The notes beneath the pieces were generated by a model, which saw only the letters and a program-made list of their open reading frames with translations, searched no databases and was not told the DNA's origin. The position numbers were made by a program, and so were the translations under genes. 64,000 nt of DNA, taken from assembly GCA_963667465.2 (NCBI GenBank), contig CAXXDN010000002.1:192001-256000 (forward strand). The letters run 5' to 3'. Origin of the DNA: Dehalococcoidia bacterium. GTDB taxonomy: Bacteria; Chloroflexota; Dehalococcoidia; UBA2979. Shown piece by piece: positions 1 to 10,508 of this stretch (position 1 is its first letter; the number at the start of each line of letters is the position of its first letter).

Positions 1-709
1 GGAAGTCCACGATCACGACCAGCCGCGAGGTGGCCGCGCCAATCAGCTCGCGAAACGAGATCGTGCGCTCCCGCTCGAGGCGCTCTGTCAGCAGCGAGAC
101 GCGATCGCGCAGCTGCACGGCCTCGCGCTCCAGCTCGGTTGGCGGCTCCTCCTCCGGGAGCCGCTCCAGCACCTCGCGGAACAGCGCGTAGAGCTGGTCC
201 GTGGTGACGCCGTCGAGGCCGCTCGGGAGCGGCAGCTCGGGCGGGGCGGCCTCCCGGCGGTAGCCGGTGCGGTGCCCGGTTTCGAGGTCGCGCAGGTGCT
301 CGGCGGCCTGGCGGTAGCGCCGGTACTCCTCCAGCGCCTCGAGCAGCGCCTGCGGGTCGCTCTCGTCGGCCTCGTCCTCGTCCTCGGGATCGCGTGGGAG
401 CAGCGCGCGGGACTTGAGCAGCAGCAGCCGCGCGCCCATCGCGATGAATGAGGCGAGCGCGCCGAGGTCGATGCGCTCGCCCTCGCGGACGTGCGCCAGG
501 TACTGCTCCGTGACGGCGACGAGCGAGACCTCGGTGATGTCCAGCTCGCGCCGCTCGATCAGGTGCAGCAGCAGCTCGAGCGGTCCCTGGAACTTCGGCA
601 GATCGAGGGCGAAGAGATCCCCCTGCTGAGCCTCGGCGTCGGAGGGAGCGGCGGCGGCTTCCGGCGCCTCCTCCGGGGCTGACTGCTCGGCGGGGTCGGG
701 TGTGGTCAT
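1..709 (-). CDS. scpA: Segregation and condensation protein A (kleisin), 3' end runs off the window
   Basis: Not in the ORF track. Manual translation from ATG 709 gives MTTPDP...FQGPLELLLHLIERRELDITEVSLVAVTEQYL...FIAMGARLLLLKSRALLP, the ScpA N-terminal signature. Confidence 0.93.
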   Translation of the reverse strand, partial: MTTPDPAEQSAPEEAPEAAAAPSDAEAQQGDLFALDLPKFQGPLELLLHLIERRELDITEVSLVAVTEQYLAHVREGERIDLGALASFIAMGARLLLLKSRALLPRDPEDEDEADESDPQALLEALEEYRRYRQAAEHLRDLETGHRTGYRREAAPPELPLPSGLDGVTTDQLYALFREVLERLPEEEPPTELEREAVQLRDRVSLLTERLERERTISFRELIGAATSRLVVIVDF

Positions 710-723
710 CGAGCGCGCCGCCC

Positions 724-1764
724 TCAGGCCGCGACCTGCGGGCGCTCGGCGAGCGGGCGGCCGATCGCGCGCCCCAGCGCCGAGGCCTCCTGCATCAGCT
801 CGTCGAAGTGCTCAGGGGTGAGCGACTGTGCACCGTCGGAGAGCGCGCGGTCCGGGTCCGGGTGAACCTCGATCATCAAGCCGTCCGCGCCGACGGCCAG
901 GCCGGCGGTCGCCATCGGCCGCACGAGGTACCAGTGCCCCGTCCCGTGCGAGGGGTCGACGATCACGGGCAGGTGGCTGAGCCGTTTCACGAGCGCGACG
1001 GCGTTGAGGTCCAGCGTGTTGCGCGTCGCGGTCTCGAACGTGCGCACGCCGCGCTCGCAGAGGATCACGTCGCGGTTGCCCTGCGTGAGGATGTACTCGG
1101 CGGAGAGCAGCCACTCCTCGATCGTGGCGGAGAGCCCGCGCTTGAGCATGACGGGCTTGCCCGTCTTGCCGGCCTCGGAGAGCAGCACGTAGTTCTGCAT
1201 GTTGCGCGCGCCGATCTGGAGCACGTCCGAGTGTTCCGTGACGACGTCCACGTCGCGCTCGGACAGCAGCTCCGTGATCACCGGCAGCTGGTAGTCGCGG
1301 CCCGCGCGCTGCAGCATCTCGAGCGCCTCGAGGCCGAGCCCGCGGAAGGAGTAGGGCGAGGTGCGCGGCTTGAAGGCGCCGCCGCGCAGGATGTGCGCCC
1401 CGGCCTGCTTGACCTGCGCCGCGGTCTCCCGCAACTGCTCCTCCGACTCGATCGCGCACGGCCCGCCGATCACCACGGGGCGCCCGCTCCCGATGCTGAC
1501 GCCGTACGGGAGATCGACGACGGTGTCCGTCTCGCGAACCTCGCGGCTGGCGAGCTTGTAGGGGCGCGAGACGCGCAGCACCTGGTCGACGCCCACCATC
1601 GTTGCCAGCTCGTCGCGCAGGTCCGGGAAGACCTGTCCGAGGACGGCGATCACCTTGCGCTGCTCGCCGTGGATGACCTCGCTCTGCAGCCCGAAGGACT
1701 CGATGCGCTGGATCACGGCGGCGCCGTGCTCCTCGCTGCTGTCGATGCGCATGACGACGATCAC
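724..1764 (-). CDS. aroF: DAHP synthase, type I-beta, with N-terminal regulatory domain
   Basis: Motifs [46 protein letters not shown]. Confidence 0.96.
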   Translation of the reverse strand: MIVVMRIDSSEEHGAAVIQRIESFGLQSEVIHGEQRKVIAVLGQVFPDLRDELATMVGVDQVLRVSRPYKLASREVRETDTVVDLPYGVSIGSGRPVVIGGPCAIESEEQLRETAAQVKQAGAHILRGGAFKPRTSPYSFRGLGLEALEMLQRAGRDYQLPVITELLSERDVDVVTEHSDVLQIGARNMQNYVLLSEAGKTGKPVMLKRGLSATIEEWLLSAEYILTQGNRDVILCERGVRTFETATRNTLDLNAVALVKRLSHLPVIVDPSHGTGHWYLVRPMATAGLAVGADGLMIEVHPDPDRALSDGAQSLTPEHFDELMQEASALGRAIGRPLAERPQVAA

Positions 1765-2150
1765 TGGCCGCCGTCCCCCCCACCGTCCAACCCGGAGATG
1801 TCGGGGCGCAACGCCGCGGCTTCATGCAGGTAGACGTGCTGGATCTCCTCGGGCGGGCGGTCCGTGTTGACGTGCATCAGCAACCGCAGGCAGCGCGGCA
1901 GCGCTCCCGGCACCGCCATCTCGTGGCCGCACAGCAGCGGGACGTCCATCCAGCCCGCCTCGCGCGCGGCGACGGCGGGGAAGTCGGCGTTGAGGTCCGG
2001 CGTGGTGGTGAAGAACACCGAGGCGACGTGCGAGCGCTCCACGTCGTTGGCGTTGACGACCGCCTGCAGCAACTCCGTGGCCGCATCGATGATCGCCTCG
2101 CGTGTGTTCGCGCGGACGGACGTGGCGCCCCGGATGCCGCGAACCATCAT
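1761..2150 (-). CDS. aroH: Chorismate mutase, AroH class
   Basis: Motifs MVRGIRGAT, FTTTPDLNADFPA, EMAVPGALPRCLR, LRPD. Confidence 0.95.
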   Translation of the reverse strand: MMVRGIRGATSVRANTREAIIDAATELLQAVVNANDVERSHVASVFFTTTPDLNADFPAVAAREAGWMDVPLLCGHEMAVPGALPRCLRLLMHVNTDRPPEEIQHVYLHEAAALRPDISGLDGGGDGGQ

Positions 2151-2962
2151 GACGCCGCCGCCTTCGCCGCTGCGCGACCGCTCAGCCGCTCCATCAGGCT
2201 GCGCACCGCTTCATGCCGCCGCTCCCGAGGCGCCTCGCTGATTGTCCGCACCACGGCGCTTCCCACGATCGCCGCGTCGGCGACGCGGCCGACCTCCTCG
2301 ACATGCTCGCGCGCCGAGATGCCGAAGCCAACCGCAAGCGGGAGTGCAGCGTGCTCGCGCACCCGTGCGATGAACGACGGGAGCTCCTCGGAGACCTGGG
2401 TACGCGCGCCGGTCACGCCGGTGACGCTCACGCAATAGACGAACCCGCTCCCGTGCTCGCCCACCGCCGCGATGCGCTCCGCGGTCGAGGTCGGCGCCAG
2501 CAGGTAGATGAGATGCACGCCCTGCGCCTTCGCCGGCTCCGCCAGCTCCGCTGCCTCCTCGACCGGCAGGTCGACGACGACGAGCCCGTCGACGCCTGCC
2601 TCGGCGGCCGCTCGCGTGAACGACTGCGTTCCCGCGGCCAGCATCGGGTTGAAGTATCCCATCAGCAGCAGCGGGGCGGAGACGCCGTCCTCGCGCAGCG
2701 CCCGGGCGCTGGCGAGCACGTCGTCCTGCGTCACGCCGGCGTCGAGCGCCTGCTGGTACGCGGCCTGGTTGGTGACGCCGTCGGCGAGCGGGTCGCTGAA
2801 GGGCACGCCCAGTTCGACGGCGTCGGCGCCGCCCTCGAGCAGCGCGCGCACGATGCCGGGCGTGGCGTCCGGCTCCGGCCAGCAGCCGGGGACGAAGGCG
2901 ATCAGCGCCGGGCGGCCCTCAGCCCGCGTCCGTTCGAACAGCTGCGCGATGCGGTCACTCAT
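2147..2962 (-). CDS. trpA: Tryptophan synthase alpha chain
   Basis: Motifs ELGVPFSDPLADG, LMGYFNP, GVTGAR, VGFGIS. Start trimmed to MSDRIAQ (ATG 2962). Confidence 0.96.
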   Translation of the reverse strand: MSDRIAQLFERTRAEGRPALIAFVPGCWPEPDATPGIVRALLEGGADAVELGVPFSDPLADGVTNQAAYQQALDAGVTQDDVLASARALREDGVSAPLLLMGYFNPMLAAGTQSFTRAAAEAGVDGLVVVDLPVEEAAELAEPAKAQGVHLIYLLAPTSTAERIAAVGEHGSGFVYCVSVTGVTGARTQVSEELPSFIARVREHAALPLAVGFGISAREHVEEVGRVADAAIVGSAVVRTISEAPRERRHEAVRSLMERLSGRAAAKAAAS

Positions 2963-2970
2963 CGGGTGGT

Positions 2971-3687
2971 TCACTCCAGGAACAGCAGTGTAGCGATGAA
3001 TGCGACGCTGTTGACGCCGGCATGCGCCGCGATCGTGGTCCAGATTGAGCCGGACTCCTCGTAGGCCCAGGCCCACAGCGCGCCGATGAAGGCGAACGGC
3101 ACGAGCACGCCGAGATTCAGGTGGAAGACGCTGAAGAGCGCGCCGCTCAGGGACATCGCCGGAAACCGGCGCCAGTACCCGCGCAGCCCGCGGTGCAGCA
3201 GCCCGCGGAACAGCAGCTCCTCGCTGAAGGGCGCGCCGACGATCGTTGCGACGCCCAGCGCCACGACGAGCACGATGCGGTCGCGATCGAAGTCGATCGT
3301 GTTGGTTCCCTTGAGCGCGTCGACGGAAAGCCCGAACGCCTCGAGCAGCGCGATCGCCGCGACGTAGCAGATCAGGATCACGTACGCGCCGGCCCAGGCG
3401 ATCGGCATCGGGCCCCAGACGCGAGGCCGCACGAAGCCGAGGTCCGCCGCCGTGATGCCGCGCCGCGCTGCGAGCAGCAGGACCGTGGCGGCGAGGATCA
3501 GGTTGAAACCGATGATCGCAGCCGCGCCGGCGCGGTTGATGCCCTCGCCTCGCTCTGCCGTGGTGGCGATGAGCAGGCCCAGCACGGCGAATGAGAGGAC
3601 GACGACGCAGAAGGCGGAGACCATGTCGCGCACGCGCCAGAGTGGCGGGAGGGTTCCGGTTGCCGTCGCCGCAGGCTCAGCGATCAC
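2971..3687 (-). CDS. CPBP family (CAAX/Abi) intramembrane metalloprotease
   Basis: Multiple TM segments with EELLFRG, FSVFH and AHAGVN motifs. Confidence 0.88.
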   Translation of the reverse strand: MIAEPAATATGTLPPLWRVRDMVSAFCVVVLSFAVLGLLIATTAERGEGINRAGAAAIIGFNLILAATVLLLAARRGITAADLGFVRPRVWGPMPIAWAGAYVILICYVAAIALLEAFGLSVDALKGTNTIDFDRDRIVLVVALGVATIVGAPFSEELLFRGLLHRGLRGYWRRFPAMSLSGALFSVFHLNLGVLVPFAFIGALWAWAYEESGSIWTTIAAHAGVNSVAFIATLLFLE

Positions 3688-3735
3688 AGCGCGAGCGTAA
3701 CAGGCGTCCTGCGCTGCCGCACTGCGGTGCGCGCC

Positions 3736-4950
3736 CTACAGCGTGACGCCGAGCGCGTCGGCGACCGTGCCCATGTCCTTGTCGCCGCGCCCGCTGAGGT
3801 TGACGAGCACCAGCGCGTCCTCGCCCAGCTCCGGCAGCAGCTTCGCGAGGTGGGCGAGCGCGTGCGCGGGCTCCAGCGCGGGGATGATGCCCTCGGTCTC
3901 GCTCAACAGGCGGAAGGCGGCGAGCGCCTCCTCGTCGGTGACGGAGACGTACTCGGCGCGCTCGCTGACCTTCAGCCAGGAGTGCTCCGGCCCCACGCCG
4001 GGGTAGTCGAGGCCGGCCGAGATCGAGTGTGCCTCCGTGACTTGCCCGTGTGCGTCCTGCAGCAGGTAGGAGCGCGAGCCGTGCAGGACGCCCGGCTCGC
4101 CCGCCGCCAGCGGGGCCGCGTGCCGCCCGTCCAGCCCCTCGCCCGCGGCCTCGACGCCGACCAGCCGCACGGGGTCGTCGACGAAGGCGTGGAACAGCCC
4201 GATCGCGTTGGAGCCGCCGCCGACGCAGGCGAGGGCGACCGTGGGCAGCCGCCCCTCTGCTTCGAGGATCTGCGTGCGCGCCTCGTGGCCGATCACGGCC
4301 TGGAAGTCACGGACCAGCAGCGGGTAGGGGTGCGGCCCGACGGCCGAGCCGAGCAGGTAATGCGTGGTGCGCACGTTGGTGACCCAGTCGCGGATCGCCT
4401 CGTTGATCGCGTCCTTGAGCGTGCGCGAACCGGACTCGACGGTGCGTACCTCGGCGCCGAGCAACTTCATGCGGAAGACGTTGAGCGCCTGCCGCCGCAC
4501 GTCCTCCGCGCCCATGTAGACGACGCATTCGAGGCCGAGCAGGGCGCACGCGGTGGCGGTCGCGACGCCGTGCTGCCCGGCGCCGGTCTCGGCGACGATG
4601 CGTGGCTTGCCCATGCGCTGCGCGAGCAGGCCCTGCGCCAGCGCGGCGTTGATCTTGTGCGCGCCGGTGTGCGTCAGGTCCTCGCGCTTGAGGTAGACGA
4701 TCGGCGCGCCCTCCCCGGCGATCCGCTGCGCGAGGCGGTCGGCGCGCGTGATCGGCGTGGGCCGGCCGACGAAGTCACGAAGCAGCCCGTCAAGCTCCTC
4801 GCCGAAGGCCGGATCCTCGCGTGCGGCCGCGTAGGCCTCCTCCAGCTCGGCGAGCGCCGGCATCAGGGTCTCGGGTACGTAGCGGCCGCCGAAGCCGCCG
4901 AAGTAGCCGCGCTCGTCGGGCAGGGCGGAGCGATCCGTGGTGGTGGTCAT
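3736..4950 (-). CDS. trpB: Tryptophan synthase beta chain
   Basis: Motifs [52 protein letters not shown]. Start trimmed to MTTTTDRS. Confidence 0.97.
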   Translation of the reverse strand: MTTTTDRSALPDERGYFGGFGGRYVPETLMPALAELEEAYAAAREDPAFGEELDGLLRDFVGRPTPITRADRLAQRIAGEGAPIVYLKREDLTHTGAHKINAALAQGLLAQRMGKPRIVAETGAGQHGVATATACALLGLECVVYMGAEDVRRQALNVFRMKLLGAEVRTVESGSRTLKDAINEAIRDWVTNVRTTHYLLGSAVGPHPYPLLVRDFQAVIGHEARTQILEAEGRLPTVALACVGGGSNAIGLFHAFVDDPVRLVGVEAAGEGLDGRHAAPLAAGEPGVLHGSRSYLLQDAHGQVTEAHSISAGLDYPGVGPEHSWLKVSERAEYVSVTDEEALAAFRLLSETEGIIPALEPAHALAHLAKLLPELGEDALVLVNLSGRGDKDMGTVADALGVTL

Positions 4951-5112
4951 GCGGGCGCCCGACTCTGCGGGTTGGCGATGGCCGGCGGCTCGTTTGCAGC
5001 CCGAAGCGTCTCCACGTCGCACCCTCTTCGGCTCGCGCGCGGTGCTGTCGATGATACCGCCGACTCGCTCCAGGGGCTGCGGCGAGGACCGTGCGGCCGG
5101 GTGGTCAGGGGG

Positions 5113-7290
5113 CTACTCGAAGCCGGGGTGGGCTGCCAGCATTGCCGCGTCCGGCTCTGGCCGCCGCTCCAGCGGCAGGCTGACGATCAGCTCCGTGAAC
5201 TCGCCCGGCTCCGACTCGACGCTGATGTGCCCGCCGTGCCGGCGCACGATGTCGGCGGAGATCGCCAGCCCGAGGCCGGTGCCCTGATCCGTCGGCTTGG
5301 TCGTGAAGAAGGGATTGAAGATCTTCTCGATGACATCCTCCGGGATGCCGGTGCCGTTATCGCGGATGCGGACCTGGACCTCGTCGTCCGTCCGCCGCGT
5401 GATCAGGGTGAGCGTCGGCCAGTACGATTCCCCGTCCGCCTCGCTGGCGAGGCGCCGTTCGTTCGTCGCGTGACAGGCGTTGCTCACGAGGTTGAGGAAC
5501 ACGCGGCCAAGATCCTGGGGGATGACCTCGAGTTCGCCCGCCCCGGAAGCGAACTCCCGCTGGATGTCGAGCTGGAAGTCGGAGTTCGTCGCGCGGGCGC
5601 TGTGGTAGGCCAGCAGCGCGTGCTGGTCCAACAGCTCGTTGATGTCTATGGACTGCCACTCCTGCGAGCCGCGACCCATGCTGAGCATGTCCTGCACGAT
5701 CCGGTTTGCGCGCTCGCCGTGTGAGCTGATGCGCTCAACGTTGCTCGTCAGATCGCCGGTGATGTCCTCGACGAGGTCGCGCTGCTCTTCCGTGAGTTCC
5801 ACGCCCTTTTCTTCGAGGATCTCCTTGAGTTCCTCCACCAGCTCGCCCGAGGCCTCGGAGAAGTTCTTCACGAAGTTCAGCGGGTTGCGGATCTCGTGGG
5901 CGACGCCCGCGGTGAGCTCGCCGAGAGCGGCCAGCTTCTCCCGCATGACGATCTGGTCCTGAGCCTGCTGCAGCTGGGCCAGCACGTCCTCGAGTTCGTC
6001 GTTCTTGCCCTGGAGCTCCTCCGCGAGCTCCTCGACGAGGTTGAGGCGTTGCACTTCCAGCGCGTGACGCCGGAACACGTCGAGGGCGGCGGCCATCTCC
6101 GCGACCTCGTCGCGTCCGCCGATGTCGGCGCGGACCTCCAGGTCGCCCTGGGCCATGTCACGCATCCACTGGGAGAGCATCCCGATGCGCCGCAGCAGCA
6201 CCCGCCCGATGAAGAGCCAGGTGATCAGCAGCGCACCCGTGATGCTGAGCGCGAGAATGGCGAGCAGCAGGACGCGGCCGGTAAAGATCGCCTGGGTGGA
6301 TGCCTCGGTAGCCTCCTCGGTGCTCGCCTGGGCGGCGCCGACCAGGCCGTTCACCTCCGCCACCAGCTCCACGGCGAGATCGCGGTTCAGGCTGAGCAGC
6401 TCCGCCTGCCGGTCCGCGATCCGCAGCTCCTCGGCAAACACGCCGAACACGCTGTCCTCACCCGATCCGAGCGCGAACAGGCGGTCGAAGATGGGCACCG
6501 CTTCGACGTGGAACGAGGAACCGACGAGCGCCGCCAGGTTCCTGTCGATGCGGCTGGCGGTGGACTCGAAGCGCTCCCGCAGCGGCTCGATCAGGGATGC
6601 GTCGGGCAGGGTGAAGGCATTGGCCAGCAGCTCGGTTGCGATGTTGACGTCCGCCTGCAACTCGGCAAGCCGCCGGTAGCGCACGAACTGCTCCTCCGAG
6701 AGGTGCTGCTCACGGGGCGCCGGTGGCGCCGTGAGGTTGCTGTACCCGGTGAGCGCGTAGAAGAGCTGATCGTCGATGGCTGGGGCGAGGGCGTCGTCCA
6801 GTTGCGCACGCACCTCCGTCAGCTCGATCTGCAACGCTTCGCGGTGCGCGATCAGGTCGAATACGCCGGATGTCTGGCTCTCGATGGCCTGGATGTTGGC
6901 GATGATCGTGTCGGCTCGCTCGCGGATGCGCAGCACCCGGTCGCCCTCGGCGTTCCCTTGCTCGAGCGTGGCCATCTGCTGCTCGAACGAGGCGTACGCC
7001 TCATCGATGCTGAGAACGACCTGCGCGAACTCCTCGGGGGTGGCGGCGACGGTGAGGTTTGGCGCGGCGGCTACCAGGTTGCCGCTGTACTGGGCGACGC
7101 CGAACGCGGCCGCCAGTTCCGGCACGCTGCCTTCGTTGACCTGGCTCTGGACGTCGCCGACCCGGTTGAAGGAGAACCAGCCGACCAGACTGGCGGCCAG
7201 GGTGAGCAGGACCGCGCCGCCCATTGCCAGATACAGCTGGGTGGAGATCCGGAAGCGGCTGGCAAGCAGGCGCTTCAGTTTTTCGACCAT
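5113..7290 (-). CDS. Membrane sensor histidine kinase: TorS-like helical extracytoplasmic domain, HAMP, HisKA, HATPase
   Basis: Two TM segments, a HAMP domain, H-box AHEIRNPLN, N-box NLVSNA, DNGTGI, FFTTK..GTGLGL. The N-terminus LLTLAASLVGW...AAAPNLT resembles TorS as recalled. Confidence 0.9.
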   Translation of the reverse strand: MVEKLKRLLASRFRISTQLYLAMGGAVLLTLAASLVGWFSFNRVGDVQSQVNEGSVPELAAAFGVAQYSGNLVAAAPNLTVAATPEEFAQVVLSIDEAYASFEQQMATLEQGNAEGDRVLRIRERADTIIANIQAIESQTSGVFDLIAHREALQIELTEVRAQLDDALAPAIDDQLFYALTGYSNLTAPPAPREQHLSEEQFVRYRRLAELQADVNIATELLANAFTLPDASLIEPLRERFESTASRIDRNLAALVGSSFHVEAVPIFDRLFALGSGEDSVFGVFAEELRIADRQAELLSLNRDLAVELVAEVNGLVGAAQASTEEATEASTQAIFTGRVLLLAILALSITGALLITWLFIGRVLLRRIGMLSQWMRDMAQGDLEVRADIGGRDEVAEMAAALDVFRRHALEVQRLNLVEELAEELQGKNDELEDVLAQLQQAQDQIVMREKLAALGELTAGVAHEIRNPLNFVKNFSEASGELVEELKEILEEKGVELTEEQRDLVEDITGDLTSNVERISSHGERANRIVQDMLSMGRGSQEWQSIDINELLDQHALLAYHSARATNSDFQLDIQREFASGAGELEVIPQDLGRVFLNLVSNACHATNERRLASEADGESYWPTLTLITRRTDDEVQVRIRDNGTGIPEDVIEKIFNPFFTTKPTDQGTGLGLAISADIVRRHGGHISVESEPGEFTELIVSLPLERRPEPDAAMLAAHPGFE

Positions 7291-8525
7291 GTCTCCACGT
7301 CCTGCAGGTTCTCAATGGGATGGTAGCGGCCGTCGGCGCCGATCACCGTGATGAAGACGGCGTCGGAGCCCTGGTTGTCGTCCACGCCGAAGCTGAGACC
7401 GAAGCCCTCGAGGTCGATGGCGTTGGCCCCGATCAGGGCGTCGACGAAGCAGGCCCGGTCCACCTCGCGACCGCAGCTCTCAAGCCCGGCGATCGCGAGC
7501 CGGCCCGCGAGGTAGCCCTCGAGGGAGACGAAGCCGGGTACGGCTTCCGGCGAGTAGAGCCGGAGGGCGCGCTTGTAGGCGGCGATCACGGGGAGCGAGT
7601 CGTCGTCCGGGAACGGGACCACCTGGGTCACGACGACCCCGGCGCCGTCGGAGCCCAATTCCCGGGCCAGCGCGTTGCTGCCGACGAACGAGACGTTCAG
7701 GAAGACCGGGTTGAACCCGGTCGCCCGCCCCCACTTGATGAGGGCGGCCATCGGCTCGTAGGCGCCAATCATGATCACGGCGTCCGGGCTGCCCTCGCGA
7801 AGGTCGAGGAGCGCTGTCTTCACGGCCGTCGTGTTGCGGGGGTAGAGGCCGACGGCTACCGGCTGGAGTCCGCGGCGCTCCAGCGCGGCCAGCGATCCCC
7901 GGTAACCGGCGCGGCCGTAGGAGTCGTCCTGGTACATGATGCCGATGCGGTCGATCCCGAGATCGCCGATCAGGCGGGCGACCATCTCCTCGGTCTCCTG
8001 GTTGTAGGAGGCGCGCAGGTTGATGATGTTGTCCCACGCCGGGTCGCGCAGGAACGCTGCGCCGGTGAACGGTGCGATGTAGGGGACGCCCGCGTCCGCC
8101 GCGATCGGCGTCGCGGAGCGCGAGGTAGGCGTGCCCACCGCCCCGATCAGGGCAAACACGTTCTCTTCCTCGATCAGGTGTCGGGTATTGGCGATCGCGG
8201 CTTCCGGCTCGTAGGAGTCGTCGAGCGAGGTGAGTTCCAGCACCCGGCCGTGGACACCCCCGGAGATGTTGGCCTCGAAGAACGCGGCCTCGATCCCGAT
8301 CCGCATGTTCTTGCCGAGCTCCTGGGCGGGTCCGCTGAACGCCGCGGACTGGCCGAACAGGATTCGGTCCTCGTGCACGCCGGGTGTCCCGGTCCGGGCG
8401 ATCGGGGTGGGTTCGGGAGTGCCGGCGGGGGGGCCGCCATTGGGCGCGCCGTCGCCGCTCGTGCATCCCGCCATGAGGATCGCCCCGAGCGCCAGACAGA
8501 CTCCCACCAGCCCGCCGACTCGCAT
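7275..8525 (-). CDS. LivJ/branched-chain-type substrate-binding lipoprotein
   Basis: Lipobox MAGC, then GQSAAFSGPA, GGVHGR, DDSYEP, GAVGTPT. Start trimmed to MRVGG. Confidence 0.87.
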   Translation of the reverse strand: MRVGGLVGVCLALGAILMAGCTSGDGAPNGGPPAGTPEPTPIARTGTPGVHEDRILFGQSAAFSGPAQELGKNMRIGIEAAFFEANISGGVHGRVLELTSLDDSYEPEAAIANTRHLIEEENVFALIGAVGTPTSRSATPIAADAGVPYIAPFTGAAFLRDPAWDNIINLRASYNQETEEMVARLIGDLGIDRIGIMYQDDSYGRAGYRGSLAALERRGLQPVAVGLYPRNTTAVKTALLDLREGSPDAVIMIGAYEPMAALIKWGRATGFNPVFLNVSFVGSNALARELGSDGAGVVVTQVVPFPDDDSLPVIAAYKRALRLYSPEAVPGFVSLEGYLAGRLAIAGLESCGREVDRACFVDALIGANAIDLEGFGLSFGVDDNQGSDAVFITVIGADGRYHPIENLQDVETWSKN

Positions 8526-8539
8526 GGGGCCCTCGCGCC

Positions 8540-8959
8540 TCATCTGACCTTGCGGGTGACCATCTTCAGGCGGTTCTTGCCCGCGGAGCGTTCGTATTGC
8601 ACATCGTCCATCAGCGTGCGCACGAAGTGGACGCCGAGGCCCCCAACGCGCCGCCCCTCGACCCCGGAGGTGAGATCGGGGTCCGGGGCGTCGTTCAGGG
8701 GATCGAACGGCCGTCCGCCGTCGATGATCTCGATGGTCACCGAGTCCCCTTCGGATACGAGGGCGATCTCGATGTTGCTCGTAGCGTCGTCGTGTCCGTA
8801 GTCCATGATGTTCAGGCCCAGCTCTTCGAGCACGAGGTTCACCCGGAAGAGCAAGTCCGGCGGCCACTGATCCTCCTCCGCCAGGTTCTCGATGGCGGCG
8901 ACAATCCGATCCAGCTCCTGGCGGTCCGTCTTGACGGTCAGTGACAGTGTCGCGCTCAC
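8540..8959 (-). CDS. Anti-sigma factor / Ser-Thr kinase (RsbW-like, HATPase_c_2)
   Basis: Motifs LVLEELGLNIMDYG, DGGRPFDP, GGLGVHFV. Confidence 0.9.
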   Translation of the reverse strand: MSATLSLTVKTDRQELDRIVAAIENLAEEDQWPPDLLFRVNLVLEELGLNIMDYGHDDATSNIEIALVSEGDSVTIEIIDGGRPFDPLNDAPDPDLTSGVEGRRVGGLGVHFVRTLMDDVQYERSAGKNRLKMVTRKVR

Positions 8960-8963
8960 CTCG

Positions 8964-10115
8964 TTATCCCTGTCGCAGGGTCAGGCAGGTGACGTCGTCG
9001 TGCTGGGGGGCGTCGCCCGTGAACTCGCGGACGACCCGCATGACCTCCATGCCGGTGGTCTCGGCATCGCTGGACAGGTGGCCGGGCCCGAAGTGCTCGC
9101 GCACGCCTTCGATGCCGAGCAACTCGTCGTCGATGTTGGTGGCCTCCGTCACCCCGTCGGTGTAGAGGATCACGGTGTCCCCGGGTGCGAGCGTGTAGCT
9201 CTCCTGGCGGTACTCGATACCCGGCACCACGCCCACGGCGATCCCGCCGGTCAGGGGCAGCAGGGTGGAGCTGCCGTCGGCGTGAACCACGAGTGGAGGA
9301 TCATGGCCTCCGCTGGCGTAGGCGAACACCCCGGTGGAGGGGCTGAACGTGGCGTACAGCATGGTGACGAACATGCCGGCCGTGTCGTCTTCCTGGATCA
9401 GGTTGTTGACCTCCGCGAGGACCGCGCCGGGTTCCTGGAAGCTGATCGCCGCGCCCTTGAGCAGGGTGCGGCTGGACATCATGAAGAGGGCGGCGGGCAC
9501 GCCCTTCCCGGAGACATCGGCGATCGCAAGGCCGATCTGATCGTCCTGCAGGCGAATCACGTCGTAGAAGTCGCCTCCCACGTTGCGCGCCGGTTCCATG
9601 GTCCCGAAGACCCTGTAGTTCGATCCGCTGGGGAAGGCCGTGGGGAGGATCGACTGCTGCATCTTGCTGGCGACGTCGAGTTCGTTCTGCAGCGTCACCA
9701 GCCTGTCGCGGCTCTTGAGCGCCTCGCGCCACTCCTCGACGTGCTGGAGGGTGCGGTCGACGGTGATCCGCAGGTCGTCGAAGTCAAGCGGCTTCGTGAC
9801 GAAGTCGAACGCGCCGCGGTTCATGGCGGTGCGAATGTTCTGCATGTCGCCGTAGGCGGAGATGATCACGGCCCGGATGTCCGGGTTTACGGAGGGGATC
9901 TGCTCCAGCAGGGTCAGACCGTCCATCTCGGGCATATTGATGTCCGAGAGGACCATGTCGATGTCATCCTGCTCGTCCAGCTTCTGCAGCGCCTCGATGC
10001 CGTTGCGGGCAAAGACGAACTCATAGACACCCTGCCGGATGGCGCGGCGCATGCGCTGGAGCATCAGAGGTTCGAGATCGGGCTCGTCGTCAACGACCAG
10101 GATTTTGTGGGTCAT
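8964..10115 (-). CDS. Response regulator receiver fused to PP2C/SpoIIE phosphatase (RsbU/RsbY-like)
   Basis: REC motifs VVDDE, SDINMP, KP. PP2C motifs VGGDFYD, ADVSGKG, YTDGVTEA, DDVT. Confidence 0.93.
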   Translation of the reverse strand: MTHKILVVDDEPDLEPLMLQRMRRAIRQGVYEFVFARNGIEALQKLDEQDDIDMVLSDINMPEMDGLTLLEQIPSVNPDIRAVIISAYGDMQNIRTAMNRGAFDFVTKPLDFDDLRITVDRTLQHVEEWREALKSRDRLVTLQNELDVASKMQQSILPTAFPSGSNYRVFGTMEPARNVGGDFYDVIRLQDDQIGLAIADVSGKGVPAALFMMSSRTLLKGAAISFQEPGAVLAEVNNLIQEDDTAGMFVTMLYATFSPSTGVFAYASGGHDPPLVVHADGSSTLLPLTGGIAVGVVPGIEYRQESYTLAPGDTVILYTDGVTEATNIDDELLGIEGVREHFGPGHLSSDAETTGMEVMRVVREFTGDAPQHDDVTCLTLRQG

Positions 10116-10169
10116 CGCATTATTCGGGGGGAGTTGCGCGTGTGTCTGTTCCGGTCCGGCTCGCGTGTG

Positions 10170-10508
10170 CTACCCGCTGACGGCAGCCAGAGCCTCGTCT
10201 CGCGTGCCGTGAATCGGGATGATGGTGTCGAAGCCGCTGATCGCGAACACCTCGCGGATCGGAGCGTCAAGGGAGCAGAGCGCCATCGCGCCGCCGTTAC
10301 CCTGGAGGCTTCTGGCGGTCAGGAGGATCACCCTCAGCCCGGCGCTACTGATGTAGGAGATCTGCTCAAAGTCCAGGACCAGGGCGCGGTCGCCGTCCTC
10401 GATCGCCCCCTCCAGGGCTTCCTGGAACTCGCCCGCGTTGGAGCCGTCGAGGCGCCCTGTCGGCCTGGCGACGACCGTCGCGCCGTCGCGCTCCGCGTTG
10501 ATTTCCAT
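10170..10508 (-). CDS. STAS-domain anti-sigma factor antagonist (RsbV-like)
   Basis: MEINAER...GRLDGSNA...ISYISSAGLRVIL, with the phospho-Ser motif. Start trimmed to ATG 10508. Confidence 0.92.
   Translation of the reverse strand: MEINAERDGATVVARPTGRLDGSNAGEFQEALEGAIEDGDRALVLDFEQISYISSAGLRVILLTARSLQGNGGAMALCSLDAPIREVFAISGFDTIIPIHGTRDEALAAVSG

Noticed and set aside
7275-7290. Frameshifted fusion of the binding protein and the kinase
   Set aside because: The kinase has its own SD-like GGAG, ATG and N-terminal TM helix, so a short overlap is normal coupling.
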